Positions 20,778 through 31,778 are shown, numbered from the stretch's first letter. The stretch is DNA of 64,000 nucleotides from an uncultured Thermococci archaeon (GCA_964549615.1 CAZJVP010000030.1:11112-75111); one strand, 5' to 3'. A program made the numbers and translations. The notes: generated by a model from the sequence alone, not told the origin.

Positions 20778-20853
20778 TGGGGCCTGTGCACTCAGCCGAG
20801 GTGCAACAACCCGGGGGGGCAATTTTTATGTCTCCTTCCGCTATCAACAACGA

Positions 20854-22158
20854 GTGAACCCGTCCGATCGGAAACTCATAGTCCTCGATCCCTTCAGCCG
20901 CGAGGCCCGCGAGTTGGCCAAGAAAACGCCACCGCTAGATGCCCTTGGGCAGAGGTACATCCAAGCATGCAGAGAGAGGATAGAATGGTTCGCCTCCCCG
21001 TTTCTGGAGAAGGACGGCATCCCGGTGCAGATCGAGAGATCGCCTCCCGATGTCCTGATCGAGCCGCCCGATCTTCAGTTCGACATCTCGGTTTTCTACC
21101 TCCTGATGCAGTCGTGCGCCGCCTGCTTTCCGCCGGGGTCCTTTGAGGCCAGGACCGTCATCTCAGCGAACCGAGAGATATTTCGGAGGAGGCTCAAGGC
21201 CTGCTACGCCGAGACGCAGGAAGCCATCCTCGATCTGCTCCCTGACATCGGAGTTGCCAAAGCCGGCCCCGATGAGATACCGCGGCAGGATCTCTACAAG
21301 ATCATGGCACTGCGAAAGTTCGCTGAGATGCGCAGTGCGTCCGTCACCTCCTCAACGCTCCACGAGATCAAGTTCAAAGCCAACTGGACCCGCATACTTC
21401 CAACCACCTACGATCTGACCGATTTCTACATAAAGGACGGCTGGGCGTACCTGTCCGCAAATGACCTCTTGGAACTATTATCCCAGGATATCGGGCGCAG
21501 AATGGAGCTATACATGTCCCAAGTCAGGCAGAAGATGGACGCAGCCAAGGTCAAGCCCCATCCGACGTTCAGGAGCGTTGGAAAGATCATCTCGGATCTG
21601 TCATCCAAGAGCCATGAGGATCTAGTCGGCATGGGCGGAGAGCTGAGGGAGGAGTTCTACCCGCCCTGCATCAAACAGGCTGAACAGGGCGTGGACGCCG
21701 GAAGTCGGAACTACGCCGTAACGGTTCTCTTGACGTCCTTCCTTTCGCATGCAAGGATCTCCCCCTTTGCGGGCGATGCCAAGATATCAGACTTCATCGA
21801 TGACATGTCAGTTATCACGTCTGAGATCTTGCCTAGGATATACGAGGCAGGGGCGAGATGCAACCCGCCCCTCTTCGATGATCAGCCGGTAGAGAAGGCC
21901 AACATCATGTACCATCTTGGGTTCGGGCTGATCGAAAACCCGCGGCTTGAGGACTCAGGAAACTCGACTTGGTACATACCCCCTAACTGTGAGAAGATAC
22001 AGCGCGAGGTGCCGATGCTCTGCAAGCCGGATGCTCTCTGCCGCAGGATCAAGAACCCGATCATTTACTACGTCATCAAGGCGAGGGGCAGCGAGAGACC
22101 GAGGGAAAGCACCTCTAGCCTGGCGGGAATCGCGCAAGCGCGCGATCGACGAAGCTGA
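20854..22158 (+). CDS. priL: DNA primase large subunit
   Basis: LDPFS..A, FYPPCIK, G.RNYAVTVLLTSFLS, CNPPLF, WYIPPNCEKI and LC.PD..C..IKNPI.YY (Fe-S cluster cysteines). Confidence 0.9.
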   Translation: MNPSDRKLIVLDPFSREARELAKKTPPLDALGQRYIQACRERIEWFASPFLEKDGIPVQIERSPPDVLIEPPDLQFDISVFYLLMQSCAACFPPGSFEARTVISANREIFRRRLKACYAETQEAILDLLPDIGVAKAGPDEIPRQDLYKIMALRKFAEMRSASVTSSTLHEIKFKANWTRILPTTYDLTDFYIKDGWAYLSANDLLELLSQDIGRRMELYMSQVRQKMDAAKVKPHPTFRSVGKIISDLSSKSHEDLVGMGGELREEFYPPCIKQAEQGVDAGSRNYAVTVLLTSFLSHARISPFAGDAKISDFIDDMSVITSEILPRIYEAGARCNPPLFDDQPVEKANIMYHLGFGLIENPRLEDSGNSTWYIPPNCEKIQREVPMLCKPDALCRRIKNPIIYYVIKARGSERPRESTSSLAGIAQARDRRS

Positions 22159-22549
22159 ACCTATCCAGGAGTTCCAGATTCCTTTTCTTTACCAGCGCCA
22201 CGATGCGCCCTTCCTCGTCGACCACGCCGAGGCGGGAGGTTCCGGTTTGCCTGAAAAGCTGAGCAACCTCCGTCAGCGAAGCATCCTTGGGAACGGTATG
22301 GATTGGCTCAAGCTTCAGGTCCCCGACTTTGGCGGAGAGCAGGTCGACGCCGGACTCTATTGCGCGAAAGAGGATCTCATCGGTGACGATGCCGACATGC
22401 CTTTTTCCGTCCATCACTATCAACGACCCTATCCCTCGCTCGCGGAACTCCCGGGCTACCTTCCGGACTGGGTCTTTGACATCGCAGAACACCAGTTCCT
22501 TTCTGCCTATGTCGTAGGCCGTCCCAAGATCGTATGCAGTCTTCACCAT
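22115..22549 (-). CDS. CBS-domain pair protein
   Basis: IGSLIV.DG...GIVT and SRLGVVDEEGRIV CBS repeats. Confidence 0.85.
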   Translation of the reverse strand: MVKTAYDLGTAYDIGRKELVFCDVKDPVRKVAREFRERGIGSLIVMDGKRHVGIVTDEILFRAIESGVDLLSAKVGDLKLEPIHTVPKDASLTEVAQLFRQTGTSRLGVVDEEGRIVALVKKRNLELLDRFSFVDRALARFPPG

Positions 22550-22563
22550 TCAAAAGTCCCCTT

Positions 22564-22917
22564 CTAGGTCAGATACGCGCCCAGGAACAAGAAGAACCCG
22601 ATCCCAAACGGCAGAACGGCCGCCTGGAAATGCCTTGAAAAGCCCAGCAACCTCAGCGCGGGGCGCAACACGCCGTATATCACTAACAATCCGAGCGAGT
22701 ACAGCCCAAACAGCGCTGTGCCGAGGAGCTCGACATCCACCCGTAGGAGAATTAGGACGGCGCCGAGCGCTCCAGACGCAAGGACGAGATTCGCAATCGG
22801 CGCGGCCAATGTCGCGGCGACCGTGAGTTCAGTTCCCAAGCTTCTTCCTGACACCAACCCAACCTCAGCCAGCAGATGCCACGTCGCTGCGCGCGCCATC
22901 CCACCCATCTGGCGCAC
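22564..22917 (-). CDS. Small multi-pass membrane protein
   Basis: Three hydrophobic segments; lies downstream of atpD; start uncertain. Confidence 0.5.
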   Translation of the reverse strand: MRQMGGMARAATWHLLAEVGLVSGRSLGTELTVAATLAAPIANLVLASGALGAVLILLRVDVELLGTALFGLYSLGLLVIYGVLRPALRLLGFSRHFQAAVLPFGIGFFLFLGAYLT

Positions 22918-22959
22918 AAAAATGTTACGAGACCCTTCAAGTGATGCACGGGGCGCTGA

Positions 22960-23607
22960 CTACGCGGACTCGGCAACCAGCATTGCCTTGATCTTCTTCA
23001 GCCTCGAGAAGTTCTCCCTCTCCAGTTCCTCCAACCTATCCTCGATCAAGCGGATGGAGCCTTGGAGCTTGGGCACTACGACGTGGTCAAGCGCGCTCAC
23101 ACGGCGCCTCGTCTTCTCCAGTTCCGCGGCGACCCTCCTCGCACGTTCCTCCACCGAGGCCAGGACCAGAACCGCATCCAGCGCCTTCTCGAACGCCGAG
23201 GCAGCATCGTCAAGCAGGCTCGAACCGCCGACGAAGGAGTACCCGCGTCTGGTTGCATCCCTCTCGGCCGAGGTGAACTCCAGCACCGGCACGACGACCC
23301 CCATGATGTTCCTCGAACTGACCGAAAGGCTTATTTGACCTTTCGTGTAGGTCGATACCTGCCTCGTCTCGGCCGTCCCCATGGCCGCGTAGCAGATCGA
23401 GAGGGCGCGATGAGCTCTCTCCACCGCCCCGTTGGCCGAATCCCTGGCTTCCTTCACCATGCGCATCACCTCGAAGAACTCGTTTACCAGCGCATCCCGC
23501 TTCTGCTTGAGGAGGTCCCGCCCCCTCTCGGCCAATCTGACCCTTTCCTTGAGCTTGATGAGCTCCATCCTCGTGGGCTTCAGGCCCTCGATCAGCTGTT
23601 GAGGCAC
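22960..23607 (-). CDS. atpD: A/V-type ATP synthase subunit D
   Basis: PTRMELIKLK...LAERGRDLLKQKRDAL and KTRRRVSALDHVVVP motifs. Confidence 0.95.
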   Translation of the reverse strand: MPQQLIEGLKPTRMELIKLKERVRLAERGRDLLKQKRDALVNEFFEVMRMVKEARDSANGAVERAHRALSICYAAMGTAETRQVSTYTKGQISLSVSSRNIMGVVVPVLEFTSAERDATRRGYSFVGGSSLLDDAASAFEKALDAVLVLASVEERARRVAAELEKTRRRVSALDHVVVPKLQGSIRLIEDRLEELERENFSRLKKIKAMLVAESA

Positions 23608-23623
23608 GGTGGCCCTCCCTCAC

Positions 23624-25009
23624 CTAGGTTTTCCCGGGCACGTAGTACTTGGCTATGAAACGATCCTCTATCCTCTTGAGCTCGTCGCGGGGCAGCGTGG
23701 AGAGTATCTCCCAGGCCTTCGATAGGGTGGTCTCGATGCTGCGGTTCTCGTACCTGCCCTGGCTCAGCAACTTGGTCTCAAAAAGGTGGGCGAACTCAAG
23801 ATACGTGCGATCCCTAGGCGTGAGAGCCTCCTCGCCAACCACCGCAACTAGGTCGCGCAGATCGCGGCCCTCGGCGTACGAAGCGTAGAGTTGGTTCTGC
23901 ACGTTGGAGTGGTCCTCCCGCGTGTGCCCCTCGCCTATTCCTCGCTTCATCAGCCTGCTCAGCGAGGGAAGCACATCGATCGGCGGGTAGATGCCCCTCC
24001 TGTGCAAGGCCCGGGACAGGACTATCTGGCCCTCGGTGATGTACCCGGTCAGGTCCGGTATGGGATGCGTGATGTCGTCGTCGGGCATGGTCAAGATCGG
24101 TATCTGGGTTATGCTGCCCTTCTTGCCCTTGATCCTGCCCGCCCGCTCGTAGGTCGTCGCAAGGTCCGTGTACATGTAACCCGGATATCCCCTGCGGCCT
24201 GGGACCTCCTCCCTTGCCGCGCTGATCTCGCGGAGGCTTTCGCAGTAGTTCGTCATGTCCGTCCTGATCACCAGGACGTGCATGCCCTGCCGGAAAGCAA
24301 GGTACTCTGCAGCGGTCAGAGCCATCCTGGGCGTGATTATCCTCTCGATGGCTGGGTCGTCTGCCAGGTTGAGGAACATCACGATCCTCTCGATCGCCCC
24401 CGTCCTTTCGAAGTCCCTTCGGAAGAAGCTTGCCTCCTCGTAGGTTATCCCCATGGCAGCAAATACGACGGCGAACTCTTCCTCTTCGCCCAAGACCGTG
24501 GACTGGCGCGCGATCTGGGCCGCGATGTCGTTGTGCGGCAGGCCCGACGCTGATAGGATGGGAAGCTTCTGCCCCCGCACCAGCGTGTTCAACCCGTCTA
24601 TAGCGGATATGCCGGTCTGTATGAACTCCTCGGGGTATTCCCTAGCGACCGGGTTCATCGGAGCACCGTTTATGTCGAGCCTGTCCTCGGCCACGACCTC
24701 CGGGCCGCCGTCCAACGGCCTCCCCATGCCGTCGAAGATGCGCCCGACTAGTTCCATCGACACGGGCAGCATCAGGCTCTCGCCCGCGAACTTCACGCTC
24801 GTGTGCCTCGTGTCCAAGCCCCCGGTGCCCTCGAACACCATTATCACGGCGGCGTCCTTGCTGACCTCGAGGACCTGGCCGCGCCTTTCCTCCCCCGAAG
24901 GCATCCTTATTTCCACAACCTCGTTGTACCCAACGCCCTTGACGGCCTCGACGACGATCAGAGGTCCCGATATCTCCGCCACCGTGTTGTAGATCACGTC
25001 GCTACTCAT
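23624..25009 (-). CDS. atpB: A/V-type ATP synthase subunit B
   Basis: [39 protein letters not shown] and [15 protein letters not shown] motifs. Confidence 0.97.
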   Translation of the reverse strand: MSSDVIYNTVAEISGPLIVVEAVKGVGYNEVVEIRMPSGEERRGQVLEVSKDAAVIMVFEGTGGLDTRHTSVKFAGESLMLPVSMELVGRIFDGMGRPLDGGPEVVAEDRLDINGAPMNPVAREYPEEFIQTGISAIDGLNTLVRGQKLPILSASGLPHNDIAAQIARQSTVLGEEEEFAVVFAAMGITYEEASFFRRDFERTGAIERIVMFLNLADDPAIERIITPRMALTAAEYLAFRQGMHVLVIRTDMTNYCESLREISAAREEVPGRRGYPGYMYTDLATTYERAGRIKGKKGSITQIPILTMPDDDITHPIPDLTGYITEGQIVLSRALHRRGIYPPIDVLPSLSRLMKRGIGEGHTREDHSNVQNQLYASYAEGRDLRDLVAVVGEEALTPRDRTYLEFAHLFETKLLSQGRYENRSIETTLSKAWEILSTLPRDELKRIEDRFIAKYYVPGKT

Positions 25010-26760
25010 GTGGCCACCCCCTCCATCACCCGGCCGAACTCATCCTGCATCATCCTCTCGATCCTCCGCGACTCGGCCTCGAACTTGTCCGACGGTATCA
25101 GTTTCATCCTGGCAAGCTCAGCACGGACCTTCATCTCCCTTATGCGGTCCACGCCCACGCCCCTATGCACGGCATCCATTGCGCGATCGTAGAAAGCGAG
25201 CACCAACCTAAGCATCCCCATCTGCTTCTCCAACGGGCAGTAGGTGTCGACCTCGTCGTATGCGAACTGCTGCAGGAAGTCTTCCCGTATGATGCGTGTA
25301 CATTCCAGGAGGAGGCGTTCGTTCTCTGGGAGCGCGTCAGGGCCGACCAGCTGCACTATCTCCTGTAGCTCCTTCTCTCGCTGCAGAAGTTGGAGGCTTC
25401 TCGATCGCATGCCCACCCAGTCTCCGACCCTCTTTGAATACCAGTCTGCCAACTGGTCGACGTACAGAGAATAGCTCGTCAGCCAGTTGATGGCCGGGAA
25501 ATGCCGCCGTTGGGCCAGGTTGGAATCCAAGGCCCAGAAGCACTTCGTGATCCTGAGCGTGTTCTGCGTGACGGGTTCGGAGAAGTCGCCCCCGCCCGGG
25601 GAAACCGCCCCAACGATCGATATCGATCCTTCCTTTCCCGAGAGGGTGATTGCCCTTCCGGCCCGCTCGTAGAACTCGGCGAGCCGGGCTCCCAGATAGG
25701 CCGGGAAACCCCTTTCCCCCGGCATCTCCTCGAGGCGGCTTGAGATCTCCCTCATGGCCTCCGCCCATCTGGAGGTCGAGTCAGCCATCAGTGCAACGCC
25801 ATATCCCATGTCCCTGTAGTACTCCGCGAGCGTGATGCCGGTGTACACGGATGCCTCCCTTGCCGCAACGGGCATGTTCGAGGTGTTTGCGATCAGGATG
25901 GTCCGTTCCATCAGGGGAACCTTGTGCCTAGGGTCCTCAAGCCGGGGGAAGTCCTTGAGGACTTCTGCCATCTCGTTCCCGCGCTCCCCGCAGCCAACGT
26001 AGACCACTATGTCCGCGTCGCTCCACTTGGCGAGCTGATGTTGCGAGACGGTCTTCCCGGTCCCAAACCCTCCTGGGATGGCCGCGGTGCCGCCCTTGGC
26101 TATGGGAAAGAATGTGTCGAAGATCCGTTGTCCGGTCACCAGGGGCACGGTCGGGTCCAACTTCCTTTGGATCGGCCTCGGACGCCTCACCGGCCATGTC
26201 CTCAGCATCGCAACCTTGGACCCGCCGATGGTCGCTATGGCCTCCTCGATTCGATACTCGCCCTCGGGCGCTAGCTCCTCCAACTTGCCCGAGACGCCGA
26301 TGGGAACCAAGACGATGTGTTCCACTATCTTCGATTCCTGAACCTTTCCAAGCTGCTGCCCCTCAGCCAACACGTCGCCCTCCTTGGCCGTGGGGATGAA
26401 ACGCCACTTCCTCTTCCGATCAAGGGAGTCGACCGAGACACCCCGCCTCACGAAGTCGCCTGCATGCGTCCTCAGTGCTTCAAGGGGCCTCTGGACGCCG
26501 TCGTAGATGTTGCCTATCAACCCAGGCCCAAGCTCGACTGATAGGGGCTTCTCGGTACAGAGCACCCTGTCGCCGGGCTTGACGCCCGTGGTCTCCTCGT
26601 AGACCTGTATCACGCAATTGTCGCCGGCAAGCCTTATGATCTCGCCTATCAGCTTGTCTTCCCCGACCATTGCAATATCGTACATCTTGGCTCCGACCAT
26701 GCCGCCCGCCTTCACCACGGGACCGGCCACGCTCACGACACTTCCCTCGATCATCGTCAA
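25006..26760 (-). CDS. atpA: A/V-type ATP synthase subunit A
   Basis: Walker [32 protein letters not shown] and DSTSRWAEA motifs. No intein. Confidence 0.97.
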   Translation of the reverse strand: MTMIEGSVVSVAGPVVKAGGMVGAKMYDIAMVGEDKLIGEIIRLAGDNCVIQVYEETTGVKPGDRVLCTEKPLSVELGPGLIGNIYDGVQRPLEALRTHAGDFVRRGVSVDSLDRKRKWRFIPTAKEGDVLAEGQQLGKVQESKIVEHIVLVPIGVSGKLEELAPEGEYRIEEAIATIGGSKVAMLRTWPVRRPRPIQRKLDPTVPLVTGQRIFDTFFPIAKGGTAAIPGGFGTGKTVSQHQLAKWSDADIVVYVGCGERGNEMAEVLKDFPRLEDPRHKVPLMERTILIANTSNMPVAAREASVYTGITLAEYYRDMGYGVALMADSTSRWAEAMREISSRLEEMPGERGFPAYLGARLAEFYERAGRAITLSGKEGSISIVGAVSPGGGDFSEPVTQNTLRITKCFWALDSNLAQRRHFPAINWLTSYSLYVDQLADWYSKRVGDWVGMRSRSLQLLQREKELQEIVQLVGPDALPENERLLLECTRIIREDFLQQFAYDEVDTYCPLEKQMGMLRLVLAFYDRAMDAVHRGVGVDRIREMKVRAELARMKLIPSDKFEAESRRIERMMQDEFGRVMEGVAT

Positions 26761-27083
26761 ACCTCCAAAACCATGTCCGTCCCCACCACCCGCCGAATCA
26801 TCTTGCGAAGACCGTCATCGTATTCAAGGGGACCCCCCTTGTCGGGGATCTCCACTATGATGGGCTCGACGCGCCCCTTCTCCCTCCTGAGTCTGTCAAC
26901 GAAGCCCGGGATCTGAGCCGCAACAGCATGCGTTATCACCACGACTCCAACGTTCTTCGTCATCATGTCGCGGATGAATGCTTCCGTTCTCGCGGGGTCG
27001 GAGTGCACGTGCGTTCGGACAACGCCCGCTAGGCGGAATCCTACAACCGTATCCTCATCTGCAATCACGGCGATCTCACTCAA
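26757..27083 (-). CDS. atpF: A/V-type ATP synthase subunit F
   Basis: [18 protein letters not shown] and VEIPDK.G motifs. Confidence 0.93.
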   Translation of the reverse strand: MSEIAVIADEDTVVGFRLAGVVRTHVHSDPARTEAFIRDMMTKNVGVVVITHAVAAQIPGFVDRLRREKGRVEPIIVEIPDKGGPLEYDDGLRKMIRRVVGTDMVLEV

Positions 27084-28200
27084 GCCTAGCCGACCTCAAC
27101 AGGATGCGTTTCATCTCGACGCTGGGCACCCGATCCGCTATCCCCCTGGCCAATACCCTGATGTTGCGCACCTCAGCGTGCTTGGCATAGAGGTAGGCCA
27201 ACGGCGTGGCGATCGTCAAGGGTTTGAACACCGAGACGCTCTTGCAGAAATCAAGCAGCGACTCATCAAGGAGTTTCTCTGCATATGCGATGTCCTCCCC
27301 TGCGGACGAAAGTATGGGAATCAGGATCGACTTGAGGCGCGTCCCGGACAACGAATTCCTCACGCCTTCAAGCGTCTCTGACCTCGCGCACTCACGCAGG
27401 ACGCTGAGGCTGACCTCGGCTTCGATGGGGATTAAGTTCTTGAGTATGAGATCCGGCTCAACTCCCAGGCGCTTGAGCCTTAGGATCAGCTTGACGTTCG
27501 TCAAGTCCACCTCCCTGCCGAGAATGTTCTTGGCTATCCTGCAGTTCGCTCTGCCCAAATCGCTCGCCCTCTTCCACACTGCGGCGTAGTAGGACTGCTC
27601 GACGGCTCTCATCAGATCAAGCGGGTCATACTCGCCGGGTTCCAGGTATTTCTTCAGCTGCTGGTAGTACTCCGTCTCGCTGAGCTGCTTGATCAAGTCC
27701 TTGATGCTTTCGCTCCGAGCCATCACCTCAAGCCGCGCCTTCGAGAAGATCATGCCGGCACCGAGATGGGCTATGGCTAGGTCACGTTCCACCAGCCCGG
27801 ATGCGGCCCTGATCACCAACTTCAAGTTGGCCAGATCCAGCCTCTCCGCGAACTTCTTCAGAAACGGCACGCATTGCTTGGGTGCTATGCTGAAAAGCTC
27901 CTCGTACGCGCCGAGGAGATGACGATTCAAGGCAGATTCCAGTTGCTCGACGCTTTCGACGGATTCCTTCAGCTCTGACTCGTAATCAGTGCCCCTAAGG
28001 CCAAGCGCAAGGGACTGTAGCGAAGCCGACTCTAGAAGCGTCTCGATCTTCGACTCGTCCAGCATCCTAGCCTCCCAGGCGCGGATCTTGGCCATCGGGT
28101 ACGCGTAGGGCGCAACGCGGCGCGCGTTGTTTGCCACCGCCGCCGCCCCGGCCGCCACGATCCCCAGCACCGTCGCCAAGATCTGGTACTCCGCTATCAC
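27076..28200 (-). CDS. atpC: A/V-type ATP synthase subunit C
   Basis: YAYPMAKIRA, VDLTNVKLILR and KHAEVRNIRVLARG motifs; operon position. Confidence 0.88.
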   Translation of the reverse strand: MIAEYQILATVLGIVAAGAAAVANNARRVAPYAYPMAKIRAWEARMLDESKIETLLESASLQSLALGLRGTDYESELKESVESVEQLESALNRHLLGAYEELFSIAPKQCVPFLKKFAERLDLANLKLVIRAASGLVERDLAIAHLGAGMIFSKARLEVMARSESIKDLIKQLSETEYYQQLKKYLEPGEYDPLDLMRAVEQSYYAAVWKRASDLGRANCRIAKNILGREVDLTNVKLILRLKRLGVEPDLILKNLIPIEAEVSLSVLRECARSETLEGVRNSLSGTRLKSILIPILSSAGEDIAYAEKLLDESLLDFCKSVSVFKPLTIATPLAYLYAKHAEVRNIRVLARGIADRVPSVEMKRILLRSARLE

Positions 28201-28817
28201 TCGGGGATTCCTCCGCTCAGCAGCTGGGCCAGCTTTGGCCTTAGCAGGGGCTTCAGCTTCCGGATCTTGGCCTCGTAGGTTCGATCCAAGACCACCCTCC
28301 GCTCAGGGTCGGAGAGCTCGAAGCCGCCGATGCAGTCCATGCCCCGTCCCAGGATCAGTCTCTTACGGAAGCCATTTGCAGCGAGGGTACTTTCGATCTC
28401 CTCTTTGAACCCCGCTATCGCGTCCAGGTCCCTCGGGTTGGCATCCACCCTGAACTCATCGCTGTCAAGGAGCTTGGCTGTGTCGATGACCAGTTCTTTC
28501 ATACGAACTTTGTATTCATTGGTACGCACGTAGCTCCTCAGCCTCTCCATGGCCTGCGCCCAGGCCTGCTCTATGAGTTCCTCCCTCGCAACCAACATTC
28601 TTCTCCTCAGATCCGTCCGGATGGCGCCGAGCCTCTCCTGGTATCGCAGCTCCGCTTCGGCCTTCGCCTCTTCAAGCATCCGGGAGGCAAGGATGCTTGC
28701 CTCGCGCCGCGCCTCCGTGAGCCTTCGGGCCTTCTCGTCGGAGGCTTCCTTCACAAGCCTCGCCGCTTCGCGCATGGCCTTCTCCAGTATGCTGTTCTGG
28801 ATGGCTTGGAAGCTCAA
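28197..28817 (-). CDS. atpE: A/V-type ATP synthase subunit E
   Basis: Coiled-coil N-terminus, CIGGF.L.......LDRTYE C-terminus; operon position. Confidence 0.88.
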   Translation of the reverse strand: MSFQAIQNSILEKAMREAARLVKEASDEKARRLTEARREASILASRMLEEAKAEAELRYQERLGAIRTDLRRRMLVAREELIEQAWAQAMERLRSYVRTNEYKVRMKELVIDTAKLLDSDEFRVDANPRDLDAIAGFKEEIESTLAANGFRKRLILGRGMDCIGGFELSDPERRVVLDRTYEAKIRKLKPLLRPKLAQLLSGGIPE

Positions 28818-30883
28818 GGTTTACCCCCGCCCATGCTTGCCTTGGTCAGCAACCTTTTGGACTTGAAGGGCGCGAACTCCTCGCCGCCTCCCTCGTAGAA
28901 CTTGCCGAAGTACTCCGCGAAATGCAGCCTCATCGTGTGAACGAACCCGGAAAGGCAACTCAGCCCCATGTTGGCTAGGTGTAGAAACACGAAACCTATC
29001 ACAAGCGCGGTGCAAACCAGCACGACGGTCAGGACCCTCAGGGGCGAGGCCCCCGCTGAGAGGCCGGGCCAGGCCGTCCCGATGATGATGTAGTCGATGA
29101 GCATGGCGTTGACCGAGCTCGCAATTCCCAGAGCCAAGAGCCTTGAGTAGGATATCACATCGGCTGTGTGTGAAAGGATGCTGTAAATGAACTGTACCGG
29201 TGCACCAAGCCGCATCAAACCCTTTCTCTCCCAGACCCCTCCCAAGATTCCCATCGCGATGCCTATTGCCAACCCCCACGTGCTGAGGGTCCGCCAGGCA
29301 GGAGATGTGTTTTTCGTTATCTCTAGGTACCAGAGGACGAATATGGATCCGAACCCCAGGGTAAAGCACCAACCCAAATGGGTCACAGCTCCTTGAGCCA
29401 GCCTTCCTTTGCGTGCGGCAGTGAGTATGGCGGTGATGTGCCCCAGCATCAAGTGCATGACCCCCATGGTGAGCGCGAGGGCAAGAAGGCTTGTCGGGCT
29501 CTCCAGCGGGTTGCTCCAAGCCGCTCGGAAGAAGGCTATCCGGGGCCCATATTCCCGGTTGAAAAGGAAGTCGCCAAACCATCCTCCCATCAGCCAACCC
29601 ATCAGTATCGTTGCGAGGCCGCAAATGGTGAAAGCCCCGCCCAGTTTCTCTCCCCACAACCTACGCAGTAGGAAGAAGCTTATCAGGGTCAGCACGATTC
29701 CATACCCGGCATCGGTTAGGCAGGTACCAAAGAAGACCGCGAACGTGGGGAGGACGAAGGGCGTCGGGTCTACCTCGCCGTAATTTGGCATCCCGAACAT
29801 CTTAACGATCCATTCGAAGTTGCTGAAAGGGCTAGGGTTGGCTAGGCTGACTGGCACCCGGGCCAGATCGTCGTCCGTCGGGTCGCACGTTCTGAGGACG
29901 TAGCGGCCGCGCGTGCAAGACGCGATCGCCTCGTCCAACCTCCCCACGTCCTGCTCCCGAACCCAACCGCTGAGAAAGACGGTGTTCTCCGTTCGGGCAA
30001 ACAGCCTGAACGCCCTGATCCTTTCCAACTCGATCGCGAGGGCCTCATGCATGACCCTGAGCATGCCGAGATGCTTCTCCGCGATCAGCGCGATCCGATC
30101 CCTCGTCTCCCTGATCTCGCCCTCCAGCCGGGCTTTCTCGCTAAGCACGTGCTCCTCAGCCACTCGGGGCACCTGGTCATACGGTGGAAGCTCCACCAGC
30201 TCTCCCTCGAAGCGGTGCACCTGGGTCAAGAGCTTGGTCCTCTGGCCGGCCAAGCACATCGCCATGACAAGCTTCAGGGCTCTGCCCGAGATCACGGACA
30301 CCTGAACTGGGTCTACCTCCTCCTTGCAGGCGCGGGAGAAATCCGCCACGCGGTCCTCCGGGAGATAGAAAAACAGCGTACATGTAAGCTCGGACCTGCG
30401 GAAGCTGCTCAGAGGCACGTTGAGCGGCGAAAGATCCCGCAGTAGCCGCAGGTGCTCCTCCAGCTCGGACATCCTCTCGGTATCCTTGCCAAGGGTCGCC
30501 GCAAGCTGGTCGAGCTCCTTGGACACGGAGTCGACCTCTCCGCTGCACCAAGCCATAAGCTCCTCGCCCCATGCCTCGCCCAGATCGACGGGCTCCGGGG
30601 CAGGCTTCTCCCTCAGGAGGCCGGCAATCCTGCCGACGAGGCTCTTGGCTTCACCGCGTGGCGTTGAGGCCTCCTCTAGGAGTGAGATCATGCTGGCAAG
30701 CCTTGATCCAATTCCTTCCGCCTTCCTCTCGAACTCCTCCAAGGCCTGTCTCTGCAGAGGGAGGGCCGGGGGCGGCTCGGAAAGCTGCATTATTCCCTCC
30801 TCGTGGAGCACTCGGGTTAGCGTCTGGAGGTCCTCGTCCAATACGAGAGCGTTGACCCTCTTCATCCGCACCGGCCTGAACAT
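28814..30883 (-). CDS. atpI: A/V-type ATP synthase subunit I (a)
   Basis: MFRP.RMK, P.Y.EVDPT, FFG..LTDAGYG, SYSRLLALG (conserved Arg) and HTMRLHFAEYFGKFYEGGG motifs. Confidence 0.95.
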   Translation of the reverse strand: MFRPVRMKRVNALVLDEDLQTLTRVLHEEGIMQLSEPPPALPLQRQALEEFERKAEGIGSRLASMISLLEEASTPRGEAKSLVGRIAGLLREKPAPEPVDLGEAWGEELMAWCSGEVDSVSKELDQLAATLGKDTERMSELEEHLRLLRDLSPLNVPLSSFRRSELTCTLFFYLPEDRVADFSRACKEEVDPVQVSVISGRALKLVMAMCLAGQRTKLLTQVHRFEGELVELPPYDQVPRVAEEHVLSEKARLEGEIRETRDRIALIAEKHLGMLRVMHEALAIELERIRAFRLFARTENTVFLSGWVREQDVGRLDEAIASCTRGRYVLRTCDPTDDDLARVPVSLANPSPFSNFEWIVKMFGMPNYGEVDPTPFVLPTFAVFFGTCLTDAGYGIVLTLISFFLLRRLWGEKLGGAFTICGLATILMGWLMGGWFGDFLFNREYGPRIAFFRAAWSNPLESPTSLLALALTMGVMHLMLGHITAILTAARKGRLAQGAVTHLGWCFTLGFGSIFVLWYLEITKNTSPAWRTLSTWGLAIGIAMGILGGVWERKGLMRLGAPVQFIYSILSHTADVISYSRLLALGIASSVNAMLIDYIIIGTAWPGLSAGASPLRVLTVVLVCTALVIGFVFLHLANMGLSCLSGFVHTMRLHFAEYFGKFYEGGGEEFAPFKSKRLLTKASMGGGKP

Positions 30884-30884
30884 C

Positions 30885-31199
30885 CTAGCCCTCCTCGAGG
30901 ATCGAGCGAACGATGAGATCGACGGCCGCCTTCATTCTCGATGCGGCATGCCGCCTCATTTGCTCAATCCGGCCCTCGTACTCTGAGGTCAGCCGTTGAC
31001 CCACCTCGGCCGCCTCGGAGGTCCTGCGCGAAATCAGATCCTCAGACTGCTTCTGGGCTTCCTCCCTTGCATTCTGAATGAGACGCTCCGCCTCGACCAC
31101 GGCTTCGGCTTTGAGACGGCTCGCTTCCCTCTGAGCCCTCGCCAGTATCTGTTTGGATCTTTGCTCTGCTTCAAAGACGAGCTTAAGCTCATCCTCCAA
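30885..31199 (-). CDS. atpH: A/V-type ATP synthase subunit H/G (peripheral stalk)
   Basis: 104-aa Ala/Glu-rich coiled coil ending AVDLIVRSIL; directly upstream of atpI. Confidence 0.8.
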   Translation of the reverse strand: MEDELKLVFEAEQRSKQILARAQREASRLKAEAVVEAERLIQNAREEAQKQSEDLISRRTSEAAEVGQRLTSEYEGRIEQMRRHAASRMKAAVDLIVRSILEEG

Positions 31200-31235
31200 T
31201 CGTTCACCCTCGCCATTGCAGTCACGGGTTGGCGC

Positions 31236-31712
31236 CTATACCCCCCAGATCCCAAGTCCGATCAGCAGCAGGAATGTGCTGAGGAATCCGAGGATGGCGT
31301 AGGTCTCGACCATGATGGCCAACAGCACACAATTACCGAAGGTCTCCTCCTTCTTCGCTATTGACGAAACCCCCGCCGTCGCCACCAGAGCTTGGTAGTA
31401 TGCGGTGAAGCCCTGGAGGATGGCAGGGATCGCGGCAACGATCACGGTGATGCCCATCCCGGCCACCACCGAGGGTTGCTTGGTCAGCATCTTGGTCGCA
31501 ATCATGATGAGCATGCCCGATATGAACCCGTAGAATCCCTGCGTGCCCGGAACGATCTCAAGAATGAAAGCCTTCGAAAACTTCTTGGGATCCTCCGACA
31601 CAAGCCCTGCGGCGGCGACGCCGGTCATCGAGACGCCGATGGCCGCCATTATGCCTGGGACGGCGACCGCAAGAGCTATCGCGAGTCCGACCAAGGCTAT
31701 TTCAGGAATCAA
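31236..31712 (-). CDS. atpK: A/V-type ATP synthase subunit K (four-helix proteolipid)
   Basis: SEDPKKF, PGTQGFYG and MVETYAILG motifs. GGAGGA Shine-Dalgarno 7 nt before a TTG at 31712. Confidence 0.93.
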   Translation of the reverse strand: MIPEIALVGLAIALAVAVPGIMAAIGVSMTGVAAAGLVSEDPKKFSKAFILEIVPGTQGFYGFISGMLIMIATKMLTKQPSVVAGMGITVIVAAIPAILQGFTAYYQALVATAGVSSIAKKEETFGNCVLLAIMVETYAILGFLSTFLLLIGLGIWGV

Positions 31713-31762
31713 TAAGGTGTCCTCCGAACCCACGCAGGGATGTTGCCTTTTTAGTCTTTTCT

Positions 31763-31778
31763 AGACCGAGCCCGCCCT
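31763..31778 (+). repeat. Left target-site duplication AGACCGAGCCCGCCCT
   Basis: Matches AGACCGAGCCGCCCT at 32378-32392 with one C indel. Confidence 0.8.

Noticed and set aside
24152-24265. C-to-U mRNA editing suggested by atpB DLATTYE (ACC for ATC) plus ACG starts
   Set aside because: Other odd substitutions (atpB VIRTD, carB NCNIV and MKGTG) are not T-to-C changes. Ordinary divergence or base-call error explains them equally well.
9973-26760. Inteins in rfcS, rfcL or atpA (also checked rtcB)
   Set aside because: All are of normal length with the usual insertion-site motifs uninterrupted.
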